The notes: generated by a model not told the origin, from the letters alone. A stretch of DNA of 64,000 nt from Desulfovibrionaceae bacterium (GCA_031550525.1 JAVBON010000026.1:16704-80703); one strand, 5' to 3'; counted from the first letter of the stretch, positions 1 to 8,692 are shown. A program made the numbers and translations.

Positions 1-888
1 GCGGCGGTATGCCCACTATGGCCAGGCCTATGCCGCCAACCAAACCCTGAATGGCGGCTATGCTGAAGCTGCCTATAAGCACGGCCCCGGCCATGCGGTA
101 AAGGCTTTGCAGTATGTTTTCCTCTTGCTCTTCACGCAACGGAGTGATTTGCCGCAGCTTTTTAAGCATGCCGGAACCGTCTTTAAGCAGAAAAAACATG
201 ATCAGCAGCATGAGCAGAAAGTTTATGAAAATGGTGACGGAATCCACCACAAAGCCGGTGCCCCAGCCCACCAGGCGCTGCCCTGCCGTGCGCGAGAGGT
301 TCATTACGCTGTTGCGGATGTCGTCAACGCCTATGTCCACCATGGTCAGCACGTCATCGTTAACCCAGTGCAAAAACGGAATAACCTTGTCGTTTATGAA
401 AATTTCAAGATGGTTGCTGCCCAGCCACTGGGATAAATCGCGAATGCTGCTGGTGGCCTGCGGTATAAGCTGCAATATGAAAAATGTAAGCGGCAGGCAG
501 AACAGCAGCACAACCACGCCCAAAGTAAGGCCGGAGGCCATGTAATCGCGCAGGCCGGTTTTCCTTTTTATGCGCGTGTACACAGGGTGCACCAGCGCGG
601 CGAAAATGCAGGCCAGTATAATGGTGTGCCAGAAAGGCTGCATGAGCAGATAAGTGAGATACAGGGCCAGAAACAGCAGCGCGAACAAAAAATAGTAAAA
701 AATGCGCCTGGTATCGAAACAGGCGGACGGCACAATGCCGTTGTTGCCCTGGCTTACGTGAGCCGCCTTGCTGTGGTTGGCGGCCTTGAGCCTTGGCTGG
801 CGCGCGCTTTTAGCCGTTTTGCCTTTCTGTTCCGCATCCTGCCAGCGCCCGGCCAGCAGGCGGCCTTTAATCTTGTCTAAAAACGTCA
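1..888 (-). CDS. AI-2E family (PerM/YhhT-like) membrane transporter; the C-terminus runs off the left edge
   Basis: Absent from the ORF track because it is open at the window edge. The reverse-strand ATG at 888-886 gives MTFLDKIKGRLLAGRW..., followed by several hydrophobic helices and ...NFLLMLLIMFFLLKDGSGMLKKL...IGSFSIAAIQGLVGGIG, which is typical of AI-2E/UPF0118 transporters. Confidence 0.7.
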
Positions 889-1080
889 TATTACTGCCTG
901 CCAGTTTATTGTGCCTTGTTGGAAACTACCGCATAATCAGAATCGTTGAACTACTGGAACCGTGTCTGTGGTACAAGCAGACATAAACCTATATCCGGGC
1001 CTGCCTGAGGCAACAGGAAACTACGCGATTACTTCCAATGCTTATATAAAAAGCGACACCAAAGCAATTATAGCGTTTTA

Positions 1081-1902
1081 TCAGGCAGCGCCCGTGCCTG
1101 CTTCTTCCGCCGCTTTCACTTCGTCCCACAACGCGTCTTTTTCCGCCTGCTCCAGCTTGCCGAAGTCAAGGCCGCGTTCCGCCGCCAGTTTTTCCATGCC
1201 CGCGAAGCGCCTTAAAAATCTGGTGTTGGTTTTATCCAGAGCCACATCGGCCTTAAGTCCTTTGCGTCTGCCCAATTCCACCACCGTAAACAACAGGTCG
1301 CCCAGTTCGTGCTCCATGGCCTCCTGATCGCCGGATTCCTCCGCGTCCATAAACTCCAGCCATTCGGCCTCCACCTGCATTTCGGCGTCTTCATCCGTAT
1401 CCCAGGTAAAGTTGTTGCGCGCGCTCTTGGAGTGTATGCGGTAGGCCTTAATCAGCGCGGGCAGCGCCACCGGCAGGCTGCCGAACACGCCGGGGCGCGA
1501 TTCCTTTTTGGCCTTCTCGGCCTTTTTAACCTGCTCCCAAGTGGCAATAAGCTCTTCCTTGCTTGCAACGCGCGCGTCGCTGAACACATGCGGGTGACGC
1601 CCCGTCATTTTGGCCCAGTTTTCATCCAGCACGTCCGCCAGGTTGAATTTTCCGGCACGTTCCTGCAAGTGGGCCATAAACAGCAGTATGAACAAAACAT
1701 CGCCCAGCTCTTCGCGCTGCTCGGCCACGGTGCCGTTGCGCACGGCGTCTATAAGCTCATACATTTCCTCAAGGGCATAGGAGCACAGGCTTTCCATGGT
1801 CTGTTCCTTGTCCCAGGGGCATCCTTCCGGCCCCAGCAATTTATCCAGCATGGAGTTTATCTGCTCCAGCTTCTCGCCGTATTTTTCTTTTCTGCCGCTC
1901 AT
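1081..1902 (-). CDS. mazG: MazG nucleoside triphosphate pyrophosphohydrolase
   Basis: 273 aa. Contains LLGPEGCPWDKEQT..L..YALEEMYELIDA and a second EELGDLLF-type repeat (HELGDLLFTVVELGRR), the hallmark tandem MazG domains. Confidence 0.9.
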   Translation of the reverse strand: MSGRKEKYGEKLEQINSMLDKLLGPEGCPWDKEQTMESLCSYALEEMYELIDAVRNGTVAEQREELGDVLFILLFMAHLQERAGKFNLADVLDENWAKMTGRHPHVFSDARVASKEELIATWEQVKKAEKAKKESRPGVFGSLPVALPALIKAYRIHSKSARNNFTWDTDEDAEMQVEAEWLEFMDAEESGDQEAMEHELGDLLFTVVELGRRKGLKADVALDKTNTRFLRRFAGMEKLAAERGLDFGKLEQAEKDALWDEVKAAEEAGTGAA

Positions 1903-2156
1903 TGCAAAACCTTTTATCTGCTACATTACCGAAAATATGCCGCTTGTTTTTTCACGCGGCCGTCTGCGCAAAGGCGCAACGGCGGCCCTGGCCCGCCCCA
2001 GCGCCCGCTCCATGCAAAACGCTTTCTGGAGCATTTTGAGTTTTTCAAAGCTAAAAACTATAAAAAACCAGAGCGCCAACGCCGCCCCAGCCCCGGCAAT
2101 AAAAACCGGGCACACGCGGGTATGGCCCGCCTAAACGGCGCTGCACCTTACAAAGG

Positions 2157-2690
2157 TCATTTCAGATTAAAAGACATTGCAAGGTTGGGGAATTTGTGAA
2201 ACCCGTCTGTCGCCTTGTCTATGGCCTGCCAGATTTCGTTGATATATGGCGCCAGAGCGGAGCCGCGCCTGATTTGGCTGTTGGGGGCCATGTAGTGCAG
2301 GCAAACCAGTATAAGAGTGCAAAGCATTACGCCTTTTGCCGCTCCGGCCAGCCCGCCGAGTATGCGGTCCACCACGTTGGGCGTTCTTGTCTCCAAAATC
2401 TTTTCCACAATTTTGAGCAGCACGCCGCCAATGATAAACGTGCAGGCAAACACCACCACATAAGCCAGCATATGCGCCCAGGAGGGGTCGTCCAGCATGG
2501 AGCCCAGCCCTTTGACCACTTCGGCATGTATATGATTGTTGCCAGCGGCCAATAGGCCCAGCGCAAAGGCGACAAGGCCGGATATTTCCGGCATTAGGCC
2601 CCGCAACGCGCCGCGCGCGGCCACAAGCAATATAAGCCCGGCCATGCACAGATCAAGGGTGTTTATATTGCTTGGCAATGATAAATCCAT
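2157..2690 (-). CDS. cvpA: CvpA family (colicin V production) membrane protein
   Basis: 177 aa with four hydrophobic segments. The N-terminus, LDLCMAGLILLVAARGALRGLMPEISGLVAF, is typical of CvpA. Confidence 0.7.
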   Translation of the reverse strand: MDLSLPSNINTLDLCMAGLILLVAARGALRGLMPEISGLVAFALGLLAAGNNHIHAEVVKGLGSMLDDPSWAHMLAYVVVFACTFIIGGVLLKIVEKILETRTPNVVDRILGGLAGAAKGVMLCTLILVCLHYMAPNSQIRRGSALAPYINEIWQAIDKATDGFHKFPNLAMSFNLK

Positions 2691-2913
2691 GGCATTCCCG
2701 TATGTTTACGCATCAACAGGCTTACCCAGCAAAGGTTTGCGGGCCTGCCCCTTTAAAAGCGGCGCAATTACACGCAATACTGAATGTACTGTTAAAAAAC
2801 AGCTACATGCGGCCCTTGCGCCGGCCATTTAAACACAACGCAAATTTTATCCGCCAGGCCAGACATTTTAACACAACGAGAATTTTTGCCTTTCAGCGTT
2901 GTGTTAACACGCC

Positions 2914-3435
2914 CTAAAGCCAGTTGGCCGGATTAAGATACTGCGGATAGTACAGCACGCCCAAAAGCCCCATTTCAGACCAGCACCGGCCCAAAAAAGC
3001 AGCTATGTCGGAATAGTCGTAAAGGCCTTTTATGGGTAAACGCACGGTATACAGCAGCACCATAAACATGCTGGTGTAAACAAAACCCATAACCAGTCCG
3101 GAAAGCAGCCCCAAGGCCTTGTCCACCGGCCTTCCGCTCATGGGCAGCAGTTTGGGCAGCCTGTAAAACAAAAAGCGCAACGCGATGAACATGCAGACAA
3201 ACACGAGCAGATAAGCCACGTGCGAGGCGCGCTTGCTTATAACAACGGATATGAGATCCGTCACAAAAGAGTTAATTTGCGGCACAACAGCCACAGCCAG
3301 GGCCAACACGCTGGCCGTAAGCAACTGCGAGCAGCGTTTGAAACCGGCCGTAAAGCCGTACAGGCAGCAAGCGCCCCAGATAATCAACAACAACATGCCT
3401 TGCACGGTAATATGACCGACAACGGGTAAATTCAT
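2914..3435 (-). CDS. CvpA-like integral membrane protein (paralog of the upstream gene)
   Basis: 173 aa. Same size and topology as CvpA (IIWGACCLYGFTAGFKR...), in tandem with the 2157-2690 gene. Confidence 0.5.
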   Translation of the reverse strand: MNLPVVGHITVQGMLLLIIWGACCLYGFTAGFKRCSQLLTASVLALAVAVVPQINSFVTDLISVVISKRASHVAYLLVFVCMFIALRFLFYRLPKLLPMSGRPVDKALGLLSGLVMGFVYTSMFMVLLYTVRLPIKGLYDYSDIAAFLGRCWSEMGLLGVLYYPQYLNPANWL

Positions 3436-3447
3436 AATGCAGCACCT

Positions 3448-4002
3448 TTATATTTCATGGCCGGGCAGAGTTACGGAGTAATCTCCACCCTTCAGTTTCG
3501 GACATTCTTCACTCAGGGCGCAAATATCGCACCCGCCTCTGAAAGGGTAATAGGTAGCCACGGCATAACGGCGGTTAAGGGCCAGAGCCGTGCTGGCCTC
3601 ATCCGGATCGCGCAGGCTCTCGCTTTCCAAAGCCAGTTTTAAATCCAGCGTGGGCTTGGGGGCAGGGGCGCACCCGGCCTCCGCCACTTCGGGCAAAAGA
3701 TCGTAAACCGCGCACATACACATGGTCTGGGCCAAAGAGTTGAACAAAAAGGCCTCGCTGGGGGCGTCGTCCCAAATATCGTCAACGCTTTCTTCCACCG
3801 CTTCGTCCAGCCATACGGCCAGGTAGGAATCCTTGGCAATATCTATGCGCTTGGCATGCAGGTGGGGCAGCCACTTCCCCCAATGCTCCGCAAGCCTGTC
3901 CATTACATCGCCCTCAATGCGCGTCTCCTGACTGTTGGAAAGCAGGAGCTCTATATCCATGTAAGGGGTTACTTCAAGTTTCTCTGTGCTAAATGCCGGC
4001 AT
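3448..4002 (-). CDS. Hypothetical acidic protein with a C-terminal Cys cluster (GGCDICALSEECP)
   Basis: The ORF track starts at 4023. I prefer the ATG at 4002 because GGAGG lies 5 nt upstream on the reverse strand. I do not recognise a family. Confidence 0.5.
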   Translation of the reverse strand: MPAFSTEKLEVTPYMDIELLLSNSQETRIEGDVMDRLAEHWGKWLPHLHAKRIDIAKDSYLAVWLDEAVEESVDDIWDDAPSEAFLFNSLAQTMCMCAVYDLLPEVAEAGCAPAPKPTLDLKLALESESLRDPDEASTALALNRRYAVATYYPFRGGCDICALSEECPKLKGGDYSVTLPGHEI

Positions 4003-4189
4003 GCGCACCTCCATCATGTACATTCCCGCAGAAGGTATGGTTTAAACATAAAAGCGTCAAGAAAAGAAGATGCGCTTTTGGCCCAAAACGCGCGGAAATA
4101 TTTTTTGCTTTCCGCCCATAAAAATATTGACTAAAGGGAGCTAAGAGGGTTCTGTAAGAACTGATTAAAAAACAAAATCGGAGTGTCAC

Positions 4190-4738
4190 ATGCTTAACCC
4201 CAAAGAATGTATCTTATACAGCGGCGGCGCGGCCGGATCTGAAGCCTGGTTCGGGCAGATGGCCGAAAAACACGGCCTGCAGGAAGTAAACTTCAGCTTC
4301 GAAGGCCACCAGATGGAGCGCACGCGCGGCGCACGCATTCTTACCAACGAAGAGCTGGCCCTTAAAGACGTAAGCCTTAGCTACGTTTCAAAGCTCATGA
4401 GCCGCCAATACACCAGCGCGCCCCTGTTCCGCAAGGTGCTGCAATCCATTTGCTGGCAGGTAAGCAGCGCCCACGAAGTGTTTGTTGTAGGCGAAATTCT
4501 GCCCGATGACACCGTAAAAGGCGGCACCGGCTGGGGCGCGGAATTCTCTAAAATCTGCAACAAGCGCCTCATAGTGTTCGACCAGAAACAAAATGCATGG
4601 TTCCTCTGGAACTCCGGCTGGGAAAAACAGAACGACGTTATCATAACCGAGCGCCTCTTCACCGGCACCGGCACCCGCTTTATAGAAGACAACGGTAAAA
4701 AGGCCATTGCCGATCTGTTCGCCAGATCTTTCAAATAA
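4190..4738 (+). CDS. Hypothetical protein, possibly a SLOG/YpsA-like Rossmann fold
   Basis: 182 aa with a GGAG RBS 7 nt upstream. The N-terminal ILYSGGAAGSEAWFGQMAEKHG resembles the GGxxGxD glycine loop of SLOG/LOG/DprA-like domains. The similarity is weak and judged by eye only. Confidence 0.45.
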   Translation: MLNPKECILYSGGAAGSEAWFGQMAEKHGLQEVNFSFEGHQMERTRGARILTNEELALKDVSLSYVSKLMSRQYTSAPLFRKVLQSICWQVSSAHEVFVVGEILPDDTVKGGTGWGAEFSKICNKRLIVFDQKQNAWFLWNSGWEKQNDVIITERLFTGTGTRFIEDNGKKAIADLFARSFK

Positions 4739-4812
4739 CACTGGCAAGAAAGGCGCAAGAGCAGGCACGGCCTGTACGAGGCAAAAAGACCCTCGTGACT
4801 ACACTATCTAAT

Positions 4813-4845
4813 GAAGGGAGGCGTTGCCTCCCTTCCTGTTTATTG
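4813..4845 (+). terminator. Rho-independent terminator after the 4190-4738 gene
   Basis: GAAGGGAGGC-GTT-GCCTCCCTTC forms a perfect 10-bp stem, followed by CTGTTTATT. Confidence 0.75.
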
Positions 4846-4970
4846 AAAAAGCCTGATTCTTGCGCAGGCCAATTCGTGTTTGGCTGCGGGCGGTTTCCGC
4901 CGGCGCCTGATATCTGGGACGCTTAAACCGGGCTATACCGCCAGACTTTTGCCGCAACCCCATACCTTAT

Positions 4971-5051
4971 TTGCACACCATTTGCACTTTTGCACAAATT
5001 GCACTCCAAGGCCTTACACATTGTGCAAATTATGTGCTTATTTTTGCACAA
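4971..5051 (+). promoter_or_regulatory. Array of TTGCAC/GTGCAA motifs; candidate enhancer (UAS) for the downstream sigma54 promoter
   Basis: There are five direct TGCAC copies (4973-4976 region, 4983-4987, 4991-4995, 5000-5004, 5045-5049). There is also the inverted pair TTGTGCAA (5021-5028) / TTGCACAA (5044-5051). The array lies about 90-170 bp upstream of the predicted start site, and an AT-rich spacer follows at 5052-5112. Confidence 0.45.
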
Positions 5052-5113
5052 TATACCGGACTGATTAAATACACTTTTATTTATCTTACTGTAATAACAA
5101 ATTAAATAAGACA

Positions 5114-5129
5114 TGGCACAGCAGATGCT
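5114..5129 (+). promoter_or_regulatory. sigma54 (-24/-12) promoter
   Basis: TGGCAC-agcag-ATGCT compared with the consensus TGGCAC-N5-TTGCW. The GG-N10-GC spacing is exact. Confidence 0.6.
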
Positions 5130-5139
5130 ATATACAGGA

Positions 5140-5350
5140 CAAGTGAGCAACAACACTAAAGCATGTCTGTCTGCGACATCAACTCCTCGATGGTTTTATA
5201 ATGGTTCATGCGTTTGCTTGCGGGTTCCGGTCGGTGTGGCAGCTCCGGAGCCTGTGAAAAGGACCTCACAAAGTTGAACCATGCATTTGGGTGAAAAACC
5301 CGCTGAAAGCGCCGTCATACCTTCCTCCTGACGGCGCTTTTCTTTTATCT
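5140..5350 (+). ncRNA. Candidate sigma54-dependent small RNA (about 200 nt), family unknown
   Basis: The interval lies between the sigma54 promoter and the intrinsic terminator at 5306-5350. It contains no ORF with an RBS; the longest reading frames are 12-18 codons. Confidence 0.35.
5306..5350 (+). terminator. Rho-independent terminator (plus-strand orientation)
   Basis: AAAGCGCCGTCA - 11-nt loop - TGACGGCGCTTT, followed by TCTTTTATCTTTT. The T-tract is on the plus strand only. Confidence 0.7.
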
Positions 5351-5351
5351 T

Positions 5352-5894
5352 TTACCGGCCCAGCGCGTGCAGCAACATTTCAAGCCCCAGCAGGCAAGCG
5401 GCTTGGCGCACCTCTTCCCTGCCCCCGTCAAAGCGGGCGGTTTGGGCAAATACGTGCATTCCGGATTTTTTCAGGTAATCGGCCTGAGGCGGTTTTTTCA
5501 GTTCCAGCCCGCCTGGCACGGCCACGGCCAGGCACACCGTGCCCACAGGCTTTTCCGGCGTGCCGCCGTCCGGCCCCGCTATGCCGGAAACAGCTATGGC
5601 GCACTGCGCGGCGCAGGCCTTGCACGCGCCAACGCTCATCTGCCTTACCACCGGCAGGCTTACGGCCCCATATTCTCGCAAAACCTCGACAGGCACCTTC
5701 AAAAGGCGCATTTTCATATCGTTGGTATAGGTTACCACGCCGCCGCTAAACCAGGCCGAGCTGCCAGCCTCGTTAGTGCAGGCGGCGGCAATAAGCCCGC
5801 CAGTGCACGACTCCGCCGCGCACATCATCAGTTTGTGGCGTTTTAGCGCCAGACTCAACTTTTTTACCACCGGCCCGCTCAAATCAAAAAACAT
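5352..5894 (-). CDS. CinA C-terminal domain / nicotinamide-nucleotide amidohydrolase (PncC-like)
   Basis: The sequence is MFFDLSG...LMMCAAESCTGGLIAAACTNEAGSSAWFSGGVVTYTNDMK...AIAVSGIAGPDGG. The AESCTGG and GIAGP motifs are diagnostic. I moved the start from 6008 to the ATG at 5894, which has GGAGG upstream. Confidence 0.85.
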   Translation of the reverse strand: MFFDLSGPVVKKLSLALKRHKLMMCAAESCTGGLIAAACTNEAGSSAWFSGGVVTYTNDMKMRLLKVPVEVLREYGAVSLPVVRQMSVGACKACAAQCAIAVSGIAGPDGGTPEKPVGTVCLAVAVPGGLELKKPPQADYLKKSGMHVFAQTARFDGGREEVRQAACLLGLEMLLHALGR

Positions 5895-6060
5895 GCCGCC
5901 TCCAGAAAATACTAAATAATAAATCTGAATTAACCGATAAATACAGTGTATGTCTATTTTCAGACCCGGCTTTAAAACTGCTTGCCTGCTGATAAGGCCG
6001 CTGGACAATTACGAACAGCATTGCGCATTAAACATATAGACAAACATAATTTATACAAAA

Positions 6061-6131
6061 GTTGCGGGGTCAAGGGGGTTCAACCCCCTTGCGGGGCTGG
6101 GCGGAGCCCAGATCTTATAAATCTGGCTTCA
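6061..6131 (+). repeat. 71-bp triple-hairpin intergenic repeat (short form), copy 1
   Basis: The sequence is GTTGCGGGGTCAAGGGGGTTCAACCCCCTTGCGGGGCTGGGCGGAGCCCAGATCTTATAAATCTGGCTTCA. It is identical to the copy at 6249-6319. Confidence 0.9.
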
Positions 6132-6248
6132 GCTTTAAACTATTAGTTCGGCCTCGCTGCCGCTCGGACCTCACTCGCCGCGCCGGAAGTGAATTCCGGC
6201 TTGCTCCGCTTCGCGGCTAAGGATTTGGCTTATGCTAATTATCATAAC

Positions 6249-6319
6249 GTTGCGGGGTCAAGGGGGTTCAACCCCCTTGCGGGGCTGGGCGGAGCCCAGA
6301 TCTTATAAATCTGGCTTCA
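6249..6319 (+). repeat. 71-bp triple-hairpin intergenic repeat (short form), copy 2
   Basis: 71/71 identical to 6061-6131, separated from it by 117 bp. Confidence 0.9.
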
Positions 6320-6392
6320 TCCATATATGTATTTATCCTCATTGCCTATATGCGCGTCATCCTGTAATTTAGCGGCTAACGGAGAATCATGC

Positions 6393-7583
6393 ATGATCAG
6401 GAATAAATCTTCGCGATATTTGCGGCTGTTTTTGGCGGTAATGCTGCTGGCGGCCTGCCTGCTGCCCTGTGCCGACGCCCTGGCTGGCGTACCAACCCCA
6501 CAAAGCGGTATTGGCGCGCCCATGCGGGTGGTGTACGGCTTTGACAGGGAGTTCGCGCCGTTCAGTTATGAAGATCCGGGCGGAAAGCCCGTGGGCTTTG
6601 ATGTGGAAATTATTGAAAGCATCTTTCAGGGCAAGGTAACGCTATCTCCGCGCCCTTTGAACTGGTTTTCCATCCAGCCGGAGCTTACTGCGGGCTCCAT
6701 ACACCTTACCACCGGCATGGTGCGCACACCGCAACGGGCCAGAGCCTATGCGTTTTCCACCCTGCCCACCTTTGATTTGAAACTGCGCTTTTTCACCAAG
6801 GTGTACAAACGTGTGCCCAACGCCAGCTTTTTACGCGGGCAATCGGTGGCTGTGGAGGAAGGCTCGGCCCAACTACAGTTGCTGCAACAATTCGGCGGCA
6901 TCAACGTAAAGCAGTTCAAAACCCGCGCCCTGGCCCTGCGCGCCTTGTATAACGAGGAAGTGGACGCTTTTTGCGGGCCGGACGAGCCCAGCTACTACAT
7001 AATACGCAAACTTAACTATGGGGCCATTACCACTGTGGGCACACCGCTGGCCGCCACCGAAATGCGCATTGCCGTACAGCGCGACCGTGGCGACATTTTG
7101 CGGCTGGTCAACGACGGACTGGCCGAACTGATTAAAAGCGGTGAATATGACCGCATTTACCGCCGCTGGTTTGTAACCGATCTTACCCAGACCGAAAAAG
7201 ACGCCCTGCTCAAAGCCGCCAAAAGCGCCACCATAAGCTCTTACGCGCCTTACGGCAAAATGAACATGGGCGCGGCCGTGCTTACGGCCACCGGCAAGGT
7301 GCTTAGCGGCTGCAATGTGGAAAACGCGGAGCCAAAGCTTTCCATATCCGCCGTGCGCTCGGCCATTTCCAGCGCAGTGCTGGCCAACGAGCTGGAAATA
7401 CGTGCCGTGGTGCAGGTTGACCAGAACGGCAACGTAGTAATGCCCAGCAATGACGACTACCAGGCCGTTTACGAGTTCGGGCGCGGCGTGCAGGTAATGG
7501 ACGCCAAGGGCGGCGCGCCCATGGTGGTGCAGCTTTATCCCACGCCTGTCACACGCAACATTTTCGCGCTGGAGATGAAATAA
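6393..7583 (+). CDS. Secreted (possibly lipoprotein) family-3 solute-binding domain fused to a degenerate cytidine-deaminase-like domain
   Basis: I moved the start to the ATG at 6393, which has a GGAG RBS. The signal peptide is MIRNKSSRYLRLFLAVMLLAAC. The SBP_bac_3-like core is RVVYGFDREFAPFSYEDPGGKPVGFDVEIIE...YDRIYRRWF. The C-terminus, SYAPYGKMNMGAAVLTATGKVLSGCNVENA, aligns by eye to the N-terminus of homotetrameric cytidine deaminase. Confidence 0.75.
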   Translation: MIRNKSSRYLRLFLAVMLLAACLLPCADALAGVPTPQSGIGAPMRVVYGFDREFAPFSYEDPGGKPVGFDVEIIESIFQGKVTLSPRPLNWFSIQPELTAGSIHLTTGMVRTPQRARAYAFSTLPTFDLKLRFFTKVYKRVPNASFLRGQSVAVEEGSAQLQLLQQFGGINVKQFKTRALALRALYNEEVDAFCGPDEPSYYIIRKLNYGAITTVGTPLAATEMRIAVQRDRGDILRLVNDGLAELIKSGEYDRIYRRWFVTDLTQTEKDALLKAAKSATISSYAPYGKMNMGAAVLTATGKVLSGCNVENAEPKLSISAVRSAISSAVLANELEIRAVVQVDQNGNVVMPSNDDYQAVYEFGRGVQVMDAKGGAPMVVQLYPTPVTRNIFALEMK

Positions 7584-8692
7584 TGCAGGGCCGCTTCATG
7601 CTGGCGGCGGACATAGGCGGCACCTTCAGCCGCTTTGCCCTCTTCAGCATGCAAGAAGATTCCACGGGGCTGCGCCTTATGCTGGAGCCGGGCAGCAAAA
7701 TCAGGCTGGCCACGCGCGATTACGCCAGCTTCGGCGCTCTGCTCTCCGCCCTGCGCGACGTACCGGCCCCCGGCGGCTACACCCTGCTCGCGCCATCGCC
7801 AAGGCCCGGTTTCACGCTGGCTTGCGCGGCTCTGGCCGTGCCCGGCCCGGTGGATAACGGGCACTGCTTCGCGCCCAATATTCCCTGGCCCTTAAGCGCG
7901 AAAGAGGCGGAAGCCGCAAGCGGCGCTCCGGCGGGGCTCCTTAACGATTTCGCGGCGCAAGGCAAAGCCTGCCTGTTCCCGCAAATTTTGGGCCTGCGCG
8001 TAATCCTGCCGGGGGAGAGCAGGCCGGATAGCCCCTGCGCGGTATTGGGCGCGGGCACAGGGCTGGGCAAGGCTCAAATCATGCCGGATCCGGACCAACG
8101 CGGCACTCCCGCCGTGCCCGTGCTTGCGGGGGCAAAAGCGGAACAGGCCGCTTATATACACCTGCCCGCCTCCGCGCTTGATGCGGCGGGGCTGGAGGCT
8201 TTAAGCGCCCGCGTGCGTCCGTCGGAAGGCGGGCATGCCGTGTTTCCGTTTAACGGCGAGGCGGAAGCCGCCTACGAGGCCTTTGCCCGTAAAATGAGCG
8301 GCCGAAAAGAAATTATAGGCGATATGGCCGTAACCGGCTACGGCCTCACTATGCTTTACGCTTTTCACACCGGCCAGAACAGTCTTTTGAATCCGCCGGA
8401 AGTAACTCCTTTGCTGGCGTCAGCGCCCAAGGCCCTGGAGTGGCTGGCCCGCTTTTACGGCCGCGCCTGCCGCAACTTTGTGCTGGAAACCATGGCCCTT
8501 GGCGGGGTTTACCTCTCTGGCGGCATGCTCAGCCATGTGCCGGGCCTGCTAGGCCACACTGCCTTTGAGGCGGAGTTCCGCCAGAGCGAAACCCAGGCCC
8601 GCCTTATGCGCGGTGTGCCTGTGCAATGGATAAGCAACCAAGATGCCGGCCTGTGGGGCAGCGCCGTGCACGGGCTGAGCATGGCGCTGTAA
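7583..8692 (+). CDS. glk: Glucokinase family (Glk/PF02685-like) sugar kinase
   Basis: The N-terminal LAADIGGTFSRFALF phosphate-1 motif is present, as are GAGTGLG and a later GGVYLSGG. The start overlaps the upstream stop by 1 nt (TAATG). Confidence 0.7.
   Translation: MQGRFMLAADIGGTFSRFALFSMQEDSTGLRLMLEPGSKIRLATRDYASFGALLSALRDVPAPGGYTLLAPSPRPGFTLACAALAVPGPVDNGHCFAPNIPWPLSAKEAEAASGAPAGLLNDFAAQGKACLFPQILGLRVILPGESRPDSPCAVLGAGTGLGKAQIMPDPDQRGTPAVPVLAGAKAEQAAYIHLPASALDAAGLEALSARVRPSEGGHAVFPFNGEAEAAYEAFARKMSGRKEIIGDMAVTGYGLTMLYAFHTGQNSLLNPPEVTPLLASAPKALEWLARFYGRACRNFVLETMALGGVYLSGGMLSHVPGLLGHTAFEAEFRQSETQARLMRGVPVQWISNQDAGLWGSAVHGLSMAL

Noticed and set aside
1309-2199. 296-aa plus-strand ORF
   Set aside because: It is antisense to mazG, whose tandem MazG motifs are unambiguous.
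5291-5749. 152-aa plus-strand ORF starting in the 5.3-kb intergenic region
   Set aside because: It starts at a GTG inside the terminator region, runs antisense through the CinA/PncC-like gene, and is Arg/Pro/Ala-rich with no RBS.
6061-6319. Possible CRISPR array (identical direct repeats with a spacer)
   Set aside because: There are only two repeats. They are 71 bp long and belong to a dispersed family found in both orientations elsewhere in the window. No cas genes and no leader are present.
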